This document shows positions 1 through 10,876 of a DNA stretch of 64,000 bases, piece after piece. Each line of letters opens with the position of its first letter. The first letter of the stretch is position 1. The notes beneath the pieces were generated by a model that was not told where the DNA came from, made no database searches, and was given only the letters and a program-made list of their open reading frames with translations. The stretch comes from Fonticula alba ATCC 38817. Lineage: Eukaryota; Protista; Nucleariida. Both the position numbers and the translations under genes were made by a program. Where the stretch lies: assembly GCA_000388065.2 (NCBI GenBank), contig KB932204.1; one strand, written 5' to 3'.

Positions 1-826
1 CCCCCCCCCCCCGCCGAGTGGGCCGTCGCATGCAGCGCACAACCATACTGCTCTCTCCGATCATGGCCTGGGCACCCACCCGCGCCATTCGCCCTCTCTG
101 CTCACCGAGAGACATCCCCCTAGATCGGGGCGGGGGTGTAGTCCTCCGGGGAGGGGGGCCCAGCGTGCGCGTGGCGTCTTCATGTGCCCTGTTTTTCCTT
201 CGCCGAGCCCTGTCCTGTCTCGGTGTCTTCCGGCGCCTGCCTGCGTCGAGTCTGAGTGCACAACTCAAGACTCAAGCAGCACAGAGTGCATATGGCGCTG
301 GTTTGTCTCGAGCCGGGGATCCCCCGTCCTGCCCCGCTCCTCGCCCCTCGACGCATTTTTGAGGAGTCAAGTTGAATGCGGAGGACACGCCTGGCTGAAA
401 GAGGAGGGCCCGGGCGGTTAACAGTCCCACCACACACGACCAATGTAATTGTAAGATAACGCCATTACATGGGAGCTGATCAAATGGGGAACACATGATG
501 CAAGAGCACTTCGTTGTCACTCCGATCTCTCTTCCCGCCATCGCGCCAGACTAGCCCGCTGGCGTTGCTCTGCTTGCGCGATCTCGATGACGCGCTCGAA
601 AGGAGAAAGGTTTCCCCTTCTCTCGGCGTCTCCTGCGCCGACCGGGCCGGCGAAGTGAAGTCCGAGCATCCTGTTCCCCTCCACTCCCATACCCACCTTT
701 CTCCCTTCTTTCCCCCCCCCCTCTCTCTCTCTCTCTCTCCTCCCCGCTCCCATCACACTTGCCTCTGCTTTCTTCTCCTCGGCTGTCCACCTTCCGCCCT
801 TTCCTCTCGGCTTCCCCCGACCGCAC

Positions 827-3800
827 ATGTCCACTCGGCCCTCCCTTGTTGGGCCATTGTTTCCGGATGCCGAGGACCATTCATCGTCATCCGCCTCGTC
901 GTCCTCTGACGATGAGAACAGCTCCCTGTCCGATTTTGGATCGGACATCCCGATGATCGGTGACAGCGACTCCTCAGACGCAGAGGATGCCATTGTTGAG
1001 GGCATGCAGCAGGTGCCTTCCGGCAATGATCCCGAAGAGACCCCCTCCCCTGACGAGGCCTCCGCCTCCGTTACAGATGCCGTCCCCGTGGCTGCTCTCG
1101 TGGCGGCCCTCCAGTCCAAGGTTTGTATTTCCCCTTCCGCATCAAGGGCGTGTCTTTCGCCCCCTCCTGCCCTGGCCGATCTCTGACCCTCCATCTGTGC
1201 CATCACCATCCCATGTCTTCCACCTGCCTTGTCCTTCCTCCAAGCTGCGCCGGAATACCCGCGACTACCAGTCATATGTGCAGCTTGTGGAGGTGCTCGA
1301 AACCTCGGCTCAGCTGTCCCACCGTGAATTGCTCACGCATACACGAGACAAATTCTATCAGCACTTCCCCCTGCCTGCGCGTGCGTGCCTGCATTCACAT
1401 GGTCATGGTCTTTCTCTTCCTCGCTCCCCCTCTCCGATTTTCATGCAAAGATGCCCGTCTGACTGATCTTTCTCTGATGTCCCTCCCTCTCGCTTTGTCT
1501 CTCGCCCCCCTGCCCCTGCCACAGGCGTCTGGCGGTCACACTTGCATGCTCTGGCTGCCGAGTTGCCGAGCCAATTTGACCCTGACTGCGCGCCTGAGCC
1601 GGAGAAGAACATCATTCGTACCTTTGAGAAGGCCTTGCTGGATTGCCCTAGTGCGTGAAGTGCCTCTATCGCATGTGGTCCCCCCCCCTGCGCCCTCCTC
1701 TCCCCACCCCCTGTCACCTTGTATCCCCTTGCCTGCTGCTGTCTTTCCCCACCCCCCCCCCCCCCCCTCCCCGCTCCCCCTTTGCCTTCCATTCCGTACT
1801 GACGGCCTTTCTTCTGCCCCCGGCCCAGCGGTTGATATTTGGATGGACTACATTCGCTTCCTGAACCGGCGCTTTGCCTGCCGATTGATGGTTTGTCTTG
1901 ACGAGGGCACTGATCCGAGCGTCTACTCGATCTCCGATCTGCAGCTGGACGCCCACTTTTCGCCGGAGTCCATCCGCCGGGTCCTGGCGCGTGCGGTGCA
2001 GGTGTGTGGCTGGAGTTATTCCCAGGCGCCGGATCTTTGGCTTTTGTACTTCCAAACCGAGCTAGCTTTCGACGACGAGGTCTTCCCGCCCACCATGGCG
2101 CGAGACAGCACCTTCGGGATCGTTGAGCTGTCAGAGATCCTTGACCTACCAGAGGGCGGTATGTGTTTCTTCAGCCCTCTCCTGCTGCTCCTCCCACAAG
2201 GTCTGCCCTTCCTGTTCCTTCCTCACACTTTCCTTTCTCTCCCCTCCTTCCGGACTGGCCCGTTCTCTTCGCCCCTCTTCCGTCTCACCCCCCCCCCCCC
2301 CCCGGTGCGAATGCCAGCATTTTGGCCTACCTTCTCGCCCGAGTGCATTGATGAGGAGACTGCCAGCAGCAGCCGGGGGAGTGCTTCACTAAGCAAGTCT
2401 CGGGCCCAGGAGTCCAAGACGGACCGTTTGCGACGGATCATTTCCCGAGCCTTGCGTGCCCCGGTTGAGAGTGCGTCTCTCTTTTTCATTTCGCCCGATC
2501 CCTCGCGGCCCTCATCTTGGCAAATGCCCCGGGCTTTCTTTTGCTCTAACGCTCAACAGACCCCGAACCCGTGATGGCGGCTCTGGAGGCCTGGCTGGCA
2601 GACCTGTCCGAGGATGAACTCCCGTCGGGACAGCGCGGCAAGCTGCGAGCGCTGTCTGCCGACGCCCGCCGCGAAGCCACTGAGCTGGCCCCGCTCGAAG
2701 CCGGCGCCTTTGTACGCTTCCGCTTGCTGTTCTTCTCCCTGTCAAACACACACACACACACACAAACTCTCTCTCTCTCCCCCTCTTCCCCATGACCTTC
2801 CCTCCTCCATGTGTGCTGACGCATCGGCCCCTTGCACTTAGGGACCTACCGCCTCGATCGAGGGGGCACTGGCTTATGTCGATGCGGTTGAGGCCAAGCG
2901 CGCCAAGAGCAACCCCTTCCGGGCGCAGGTGGTTTATGAGCAGGCCATCGCCGCCTTCCCCTTCTCCCAGGAGCTCTGGAGTCGATACTGTCGCTTTGCC
3001 GACCGGTATGTGACCGACCCGGTGGCTGCCCTAAATGTCCACCACCGGGCTGTGCGCTTCTGCGGTTGGAGCGGTGCCTTCTGGGCCGGGTATCTGGCTG
3101 GCTTGGAGCGGTTTGGCAGCTGTACCTCTGCCGCGACAGGTACGCGCTCGCACCAGCACAAGCAGGGCCTCTCTCTCTCTCTCTCTCCCCTCCCCCTCTG
3201 TCCCCCTCCCCCCCTGTCATTCCTGTCCTTCCCCCGATTACCTTCTGAGTCTGACACACAGCCGGCACTTTCCTCTTGCGACGGATAGCGCTTGTTCAGC
3301 AAGCCATGTCCTCCGGGCTTCTGAATTCGGTGGACGAGGTGGTTCCGGTGTATCTGGCCCTTGGGGCCCTCCTATTGCGTTCGGCCCGGGCCGTGCTGAC
3401 CGGGGACTCGGCCGCCAGCCTGGATGTCGTGCCCGAGGTGGCCGCACTGCGCGATGCCCTGCGCGCCGGGATTGCCCGAGCACAGTCCTGTACGCGAGGC
3501 AGTGATGCCACAAGCATGCCCCTCACTGCCCCATGGCCCCACTAACGAGCTTGTCTGCCCGCCTGCCCGCCCGCCTGCCTGCCTGTCTATGTCCGCCTGC
3601 TAAACAGTGAACCCCCCAGCCGGAGACCTCTATTTCCGCCTGGAGCGTTTCTGGGCACGAGCTGAGTACGAGGTATTGGGGGATCCTGCCGCCGGGCAGA
3701 CGGTCTACGAGTCCATCATCAAGCTGCAGGGGCGCTCGGCCGAACTTTGGATCGAATATGCCAAGCTGGAGCTGTGCGTCCTCTCCCCATACGTGTCTTG

Positions 3801-4715
3801 CTCGATTGCTTCCCCTTCTGACAGCAGTCCTACGGCGTAGGGCATACAATCGAGCCCAGCCACAGTGGCGGACGGTTTTCCGTCGAGCGGCTGGTGCCAA
3901 TATTGCCGACAACCCGGCGGCCCTGTTCGCCGAATGGTTGACTTGCGAGGGGCTACATGGCGGGCCAGCCGACCATGCTGACGCCCTTCGACGCGTGGAA
4001 GTCCAGCAGAAGATTCTGGCTGACCGGTATGCCCAGGCACTCAGCGCTCAGGCCGCCGCGGCCACCGCAGCAAATGAGGCGCCGGCTGAGCCTCGGCGCC
4101 GGGCCGCCGCCGCGCGACGCACTGCCGAGTCGGTTGAATCCCTTCCGAAGGCAGATGGACCTGCCTCAAAGGGGGAAAAGGTCGTATCGAAGGTGGCGGA
4201 GCCAGTTCCGAAGGTGGACAAGCCGCCTCCTGCCGAGGGCGCGACCGAGGGGACAAACCTGTCGGAGCCGAAAAAGCGTACTCGCGCGGAGGACACCTCG
4301 TATGTGACTTTTATGCTGCGCCCCATGTCTTCCCCCCCCCCCCCCTCTCTCTCTCTCTCTGTGTCTCCCTCTGTTGCTGTCGCTTTGTCCGGCCTTCTAA
4401 CACTCTTGTCCAGGTCTTCTGTCTTCCTGTCAAATCTTTCCTTCAAAGCGACGGAGGAGGACATTCGAGCCTTTTTCGAGACTTTCGCCACTGTGACCTC
4501 GGTTCGCATTGTCAAAAATCCGCGCGGTATTTCAAAGGGCTTTGCGTATGTTGACCTTGGCGATGAGGTGCGTTTCCGCCGTCCTCCCTACCGTCCTCCT
4601 TCTTCTTCACTCTTGTTCTTCCTGTTGTTGGCCATTCAGCTGGTCACGACCGTGATCTGGAAACCCCCCCTCGGGGCCCCTCCCACCCCCCGTATTTTTA
4701 ACCTCCTTTCTCACT

Positions 4716-4760
<45 letters not shown>

Positions 4761-5110
4761 TTTCCATCCACCAGATGGATGTTTCGCGCGCACTTGCACG
4801 CGACCGATCAACACTCATCGACCGGCCGCTTTTCATCTCGCCAGTCAAGCCCAAAGAGGCCTCCGCCAAGCAGGCACGCCCGAGCCCTCCCCCCACGGCG
4901 GTGGTGGCAACCAACATCCTCAAGCCACGGTCGGTGATGGCTCCCCTGCGGCCGGCGCACCTGGCCGCAAGTCGGCCGCGTCCGCGCATGGCTACGCCCA
5001 ACATCGGCAAGACCACAAGTTCACTGTTTGCATCGAAGTCTAGCATGCCAATGGCCCCGACCGCGCCCAGTCCCGCGTCCAACAGCAAGACTGATGGACC
5101 CACAGGGTAG
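827..5110 (+). CDS. SART3: SART3/Prp24-like U4/U6 snRNP recycling factor (HAT repeats + RRM), multi-exon
   Basis: Exons joined by hand via GT-AG give ...LRRNTRDYQSYVQLVEVL...FPLPARVWRSHL...FEKALLDCPTVDIWMDY..., then QVVYEQAIAAFPFSQELWSRYCRFADRY...VHHRAVRFCGWSGAFWAGYLAGLERFG (the SART3 HAT region). An RRM follows (VFLSNLSFKATEEDIRAFF...KGFAYVD). Early introns: 1121-1244, 1381-1524, 1651-1828, 2159-2317. The exact 3' end is uncertain. Confidence 0.85.
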
Positions 5111-5851
5111 AGCTCCGCCATATGTCGGTCTTTTCTTCAACACCCCTCGATTGTTCGTTGCCACTCCTCCCTCCCCCCTCCCCCCCTTCCGTCCTTCCCA
5201 CAGCACACGATGAACAGCATGCAAGCACCCTTCCTGTTGCGACACATGCAACTGATCTGGATATAATATATTTCCTAGATGCCCTTTCAGTGTGGAGGGC
5301 TTTCCAACTATGATGCCTGCCTTTGTAAAACCTAATTGGGCAAGCGTGGGAGGGTGCAAAGAGGGAGGGGGGGGGGGGCTGAAGGAATAGACGGGCCGCA
5401 CTGTGCTGCCAAGGTCTCTCTCCACCACCATCCAGTCTTCCTCCGAGGCCATTCTCCCCGGAGCAGGGGACGAATTGTGGTGGTTCTTCGCTGTCACACC
5501 CACCTGCTCGCTCTTTGGTTTTTCTCCCCAATTGTCGGCCTTCTCCTTTGGGCGACGAATTGCCTCCATGTCGCGTTTCCTTCTTTCCCTGGGCCGCACA
5601 CACAAGGAGGGAGAAAGGACGAGAGGAGGGAGCACATGGCGACTCAAGGGGACGGTATGCGGTTTTCTATGGTACAGTGCGCAGGGGAGGCAGGATGGGC
5701 CGCATATCCATCGATCATCCCATGCTTTCTTGGAAATGGTCTCTTGGGGGGGGGAAGGGGGGGGGGGGGAAACATATCCCCCGTCTAGCAGTCGAGAGAA
5801 GGGCCCTCAAGTTTCAGGAGAGGGAGGGAAAAGAGGGAAGAGAAATCCCCT

Positions 5852-7288
5852 TCACAGTTGCCGGAAGGATGGGCCCATGGCGGAAGAAAGCGAAGTGGGA
5901 AGGGCAGCCATGCCATCAGGAGCCCCCGAGACAAGAGCCCCAGTCTTCAACTGGAGGGACTGATGAAGAAGAGCCCGGGTGGTACGCGTGTGGCGAAGGA
6001 GCTCCACCAAAAGAGCACGGCGCCTGAGGAGGGCCTCATTCTCGGCCTGAAGGGCTTGACGGCGGAGCTTGACACGCTGGCGAACGCGTGCACTGGAGGC
6101 GGCGTTGCGAAGGCGCTGCTGGACAAGCTTCTCCTCGGGAGTCAGCTTGGTCGAACCGGCAGGACTTGAGGGAGGCGTGGCCGAAGCGGAGCGGCGCCCA
6201 TCGGCTGGTGGCAACCCTGCCGGAGCGGCAGAATTTGACGAGTTGGAGGACGGAGGGGGCGTCGGCGAACTTCCGAGCAAATCCGCGCCCTCCATGCGCG
6301 AGACAAAGTCAATCGGTTCGGCGATGATATTCCCGAGGGCAAGTTGCAGGGAGGAGGAAAATCGCAAGCCGACGGGGGAATTTGCCGAGGCGGGATTCGG
6401 AGCATGGCCAGGGGAAGCCGATGTCGTCTGGGCCGGAGCACCTGACAAAGCATCAGTTTGCATGGCATCATGGTTGCCAGCAAGAACGAGAGCAGCGGCG
6501 GCGGCGGCGGCGGCGGCAGCAGCGGCAGCCGTGTCAGCCGAGCCGGCAGGCACGAGGGAGGAGGAGGAGGAAGAAGAAGGAGGGGGAGTGCGCAGGGAGA
6601 CGCCCGGGATGACGACTGACCGAGCAGTAGAGGAGGGCGGCGAGGGGAAGGCAGAGGAGGGTCCTGAGGAGGGGAATGTAGAGGAGGGCCCGGAGTTGAG
6701 GGGGGAGGAAAAAGTGGGGGCCACATGCCCGGTACCATTGGCAGAGGTGGTGGTGGTCGGTGGGATTATTGATGCCGGGGAAGCCAGCGATGAAGCGGGC
6801 TCCTGAAGGGCGATGCTGGCGAGGGTGAAGAGGGGTGATAGTTCGGCGGTTGGAGGTGGTACGGCAAGGGCGGCGATGGAGCTGTGGAAATCCCGCCGAA
6901 CGGCTGTCGTGAAGGCCGGTTCGGCATTGGGGGATGTGCGACCGGGAAGGAGATCGCGGATGCTGATCGGATGCACAGGAGCTGGGGGCGAAGCTGCCGA
7001 TTGTCCGGAGGAGAGAGGAGCGGGGACAAAACGAAGAGCCGCGTCGGCGGCAATGGCAGCGGCCGAGAGCGGGAGTGGGCCAGTGCCCGAGGATGGGACC
7101 GGACTGGAGGGAGAGTGAAGCCCTCCCAGAGCGGCGATTAGCGGCAGATGAGACAGGGAGGCTACCGAGCCCGAAGTCGAGGAAGGGAGGGCCGCGGGGG
7201 TTGAGGAGGAGGAAGAGGAGGAGGAGGAGGAAGACTCGGCGACCGCCGCGGCAAAGGGGGCCGGCTGGAGGCTGCCATCAGTGGCCAT
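5852..7288 (-). CDS. bZIP transcription factor with long Ser/Pro/Ala-rich N-terminus, single exon
   Basis: Basic region RLRNAASSARVRQRVK has the N-x7-R pattern, followed by a short zipper (LQAENEALLRRRALLVELL). ATG at 7288, TGA at 5852. Confidence 0.75.
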   Translation of the reverse strand: MATDGSLQPAPFAAAVAESSSSSSSSSSSTPAALPSSTSGSVASLSHLPLIAALGGLHSPSSPVPSSGTGPLPLSAAAIAADAALRFVPAPLSSGQSAASPPAPVHPISIRDLLPGRTSPNAEPAFTTAVRRDFHSSIAALAVPPPTAELSPLFTLASIALQEPASSLASPASIIPPTTTTSANGTGHVAPTFSSPLNSGPSSTFPSSGPSSAFPSPPSSTARSVVIPGVSLRTPPPSSSSSSSLVPAGSADTAAAAAAAAAAAAALVLAGNHDAMQTDALSGAPAQTTSASPGHAPNPASANSPVGLRFSSSLQLALGNIIAEPIDFVSRMEGADLLGSSPTPPPSSNSSNSAAPAGLPPADGRRSASATPPSSPAGSTKLTPEEKLVQQRLRNAASSARVRQRVKLRRQALQAENEALLRRRALLVELLRHTRTTRALLHQSLQLKTGALVSGAPDGMAALPTSLSSAMGPSFRQL

Positions 7289-8619
7289 GCGCTTGGCCGG
7301 CCGGGGCAGATGCGGGGGACTAAAGTGCGAGCCCGGGGCGGGTTTGGCGATGATAGTCGAAGAGGGAGAGGGTGCTGGGAGCTGAAGCTGTGGATTGGAG
7401 ATCACTGAATCGGCTGTCGGGGCGACCGAGGAGAGCTGGAAGATCTTGAGGACAATGTCCTCGAGAGAGTGAGGGCGAAGATCTGGCGCGTGGGGATGAG
7501 CGACTGACAGGCGGGTAGAATCGAGCGAGAGTCAGTGAAAAATGCAAGCGCGGGGAGGGGGGGACAGTCCAGCCGGGAGGGGGGAGGAAAGAGGGCGAGG
7601 CGATTGCCGAGGGGTGCACTTCTACACACATGCGTGTGCATGTGTATATGTATATATATATATATATATGTGGGTGTGGGTGTATCGACGAGATGGATGG
7701 GGGGGGGGGGGTGGTTCGGAGGTAGGAGACGCACTGGCTTGGTGATGGATGGTTGGCGAGGAGGAGGGGTTTGCAAGCGGGGGGTGTCCTGCTGCTGCTG
7801 CCGCAGCAGCAGCGGCGGCAGCGGCAGCCGCGGCCACATTGGCAGCAGGCCGCATGAGGCCGGCCAAGGAGGACCCGAGGAGGGGAGCAGGTGGGGGATC
7901 GCCCGAAGGGAGCCGGTGACTGGCAAGATCGTCAGAAAATGGGGCCTGGCCAAGGGGGGGGCGGTGGCTCTCAAGGCACTGGGTGCCGTTAATGGGCATC
8001 CCCGACGCGAAGGCGGCTGGGGAGACAGGCGACATAAGAGGATGAGGGGATTTGGGTCGGAGGGGGAGATGTTTTTTTTTTTTGGTAATGTGGCTGTTCG
8101 AAGAATGCGGGGGCAGGGTGGATTGGGGAGGGGTGGTGTGAACTTGGGGGCCGGGCCGCACGAGTGCAGGCGCTTTTCAGCCCCCCCCCCCGCCCCCCCC
8201 CCTCCCCCCCGCCCGGGGGGTGAGAAGGATCGCATGGGGGGGCTGCCGCCCCCTCGTGCTCCCCCCTCCCGGGATTCCCCGCCACCTGGGAGGCCCCGAG
8301 CGGCGATCCCTGCTCTCATGCCTTCCTGATTGTAACAGCCTCAGGTGTTACCACGGCTTCCCTGCGCGCCATAGGCAATGGCGTCTCTTTGGTGCGGGAG
8401 ATCGCGCCCCGACCCTCCCCCCTTCAACGCTCGCCTGGCCAAGCGTGGGTGCGAGGCGAAAGGGGGGTGGGGGGTCTGGGGATGGGGAGATCGCGCGCGT
8501 GCACCTGTCTATAGGTGCCTGGAGGGCATGGGCCCTCTCGTGCTCAATTTGGGTTGACTGAGGCCATCGCGACCACTGGGGCTACACGGCTGGGTGGGCA
8601 AAGAGGATGTCGGGGGTAG

Positions 8620-8740
8620 CGTGCGCGCATGCGTGTGTCTGTGTGTGCGTGTGTGTACGTGTGTGTGCGTGCGTGCGTGCATGTGCGTGCGTGCGTGCGT
8701 GCGTGTGGGTGGGTATGGGTGTATGCACATGTGTGTGTTT
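8620..8740. repeat. Compound (GT)/(GTGC) microsatellite
   Basis: Direct reading. Confidence 0.9.
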
Positions 8741-10700
8741 GTGTATTTATCTTTGTCGACCTCTGCCCAGCCAGTCTCCCTCGCGAATCATCATTACCTA
8801 CCTTATGGGGCTTGGTGTTGGCGAGAAGCATTCGCGCCCCGCCCCTTTCCAAGCCAGGGGGGCCGGATGGCGGGCGGCGCCATGCGCGGTCTCCCGCCTC
8901 AAGCGTGTAAAAAGCAGAAGGTCCCCCAGCGAAGGCCGCGGGGGATTTCAGTTTTTGGCGCCGTTTGCGCTCCAACGGTTCGATCTTGCTTCGTGGGAGA
9001 GCGAAGGCGGCCGAGAGAGCGAACGCGTCTGCGCCCCTTGCGCAGTTGGCAGGCGAGCCTTTACTCCGCACTGTGCCTGCCAAACTCAGAGCCGCCTTGC
9101 GATCAAGCTCTCCCCGCCGCATGGGTGATCCTGTGTTGATCTCGCCTGCCCGGTCTTGAGGGGGGGGGGGAGAGAGAGGGAAGGGCGGGCCAAGCGCATC
9201 ACAGTTTCACCTGTGTCTCGGCCCCAGGGGCGGGGCCCCTCGCGAGCATGCGCGTTGCCCCCCCCCCCCCCCCCAGGCTACCAAGAGGGCACAATCAAAA
9301 ACACACATAAAGAAGGGAAAACCCCAGGAGGAGCACGGAGACCAACAAGAAAGGAGAATAAACCCAGAAACAAGGGAGGGGAGGACGTAAGGAAATGGGG
9401 GGTCCCCCACGCCCCGGGGAGGGGGGGGACAGGGGGGGGGGAAGAACCGGGGGGGGGGGGGGGGGCGGGGGGGGGGGGGGGGGGGGGTGGGGATATTCAT
9501 GTGCGCCCCAGTCCCGTTTTTGGTGGAGAAGGGGAACCGGCGCGACGAACTCGGCTGCGGTCAACATTCGGAGGCCAAGGCTGGGGGCGGGGCGGCGTCC
9601 CAGCGGTGGGCTGCCCCCCCTCCTCCGGCTGGAGGCGGGTCCAGCCGGGGCACCGGGTGGGTAGGCCAGAGAGCCCACCTGCCCCTTGCACTTCGCCGTC
9701 CCGTTCCCCGCATTCTCTCGGCCGGTGTGGCCTTGGGCTCCCCCCCCCCCCCCTTCCGTTGTTAAGTTTGTCGGCCCCTCCGGGTGTCTGCCGGATTGTC
9801 ACACTCTGCCTATACCGCGCTCCCGGCGCGGCCCAGTGCGCCCGCGTCGTAGGTTGCAGCCCCTGTGGGCCGACCGTGGTGCGAGAAGGCCAAGCACAAG
9901 CAACATGAAAGAGGGAGCGGGAGGCGGAGGGCCGGGGGGGGGGGGNNNNNNNNNNNNNNNNNNNNNNNNNNNNNNNNNNNNNNNNNNNNNNNNNNNNNNN
10001 NNNNNNNNNNNNNNNNNNNNNNNNNNNNNNCCCGCCGGTGGTCTTGAAGAGTGCCATCCCATGTTCGCCCAGGGTGCCCCCGCCCCCACTTTGTCTCCCG
10101 CTCCTCGCGGCATGTCATTGGTCCTGGCGGAAATGCGCTCAAGGGAATCCTGCGGGTGTCAGGACCCCGGTCACAGAGGCCCCCCCCCCCCCCCCCCCCC
10201 GCCCCGCCCCTCCCCGGCCCTTGACTCCTTCAAGCCTGGCGAGAAGAACCACCACCAGGGCGAGGCTGCCAGAGACTCACTTCTGACGCGATCCCGACCG
10301 ACAGAGGCCTATTCGCCTGGCCCCTCGCGCCGTCGTGTTCAGACCCAGGACCGGCTTCGCGCTTCTGCCCCCGCCGTGCCCCGGTTGCTCCCCAGCGTTC
10401 CAGTCGGCGCCGGCGCCGCGGGCGGAGCACCCGCCGGCCTGGCGTGCATGCTTGAGGAAACGAGAGGGTCTTAGTAATTCGTCGCATCGCGTGACACATG
10501 CACGTGATGCACTATACACCACCGTGATGTATGCGTTGCCAGCTAGATCGCCCGGATCTCCGTTGCCCTCGGACCCGAGCAGGAGCGCCGTGCCGGCCCG
10601 GCGACCAATGCACACCTCCCGGGCTGGGGCCACTTGGAGGTTGATGGCCGGGCCCTCCTCTGCCCGGGGGGCGGCCCCATCGAAACATACCGTCTCCGCA

Positions 10701-10729
10701 TCTCTCTCTCTCCCTCTCTCCCTCCCTCC

Positions 10730-10764
<35 letters not shown>

Positions 10765-10775
10765 TCTCCCTGTCT
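10701..10775. repeat. (CT)n microsatellite upstream of the PHD gene
   Basis: Direct reading. Confidence 0.9.
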
Positions 10776-10876
10776 CTCGCCTTTCTCTGAGTGTCCTCGG
10801 CTGGCTGGATGTGCCTGTGCTCCCCAGTCGTGGCCGCCGTCCCTCGAGCGATTCTCCCCTTTGACACATCAGCAAG

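Noticed and set aside
8330-10500. Possible minus-strand multi-exon gene (good donor aag|gtaggt near 8800, exon-like 8800-9140)
   Set aside because: No consistent reading frame or domain could be assembled across the gap and G-tracts.
10570-10610. Minus-strand GTALLLGSEGNG, resembling a SpoU/TrmH methyltransferase motif
   Set aside because: The downstream SLNV-type motif is absent, the ORF runs through a microsatellite, and no coherent gene model could be built.
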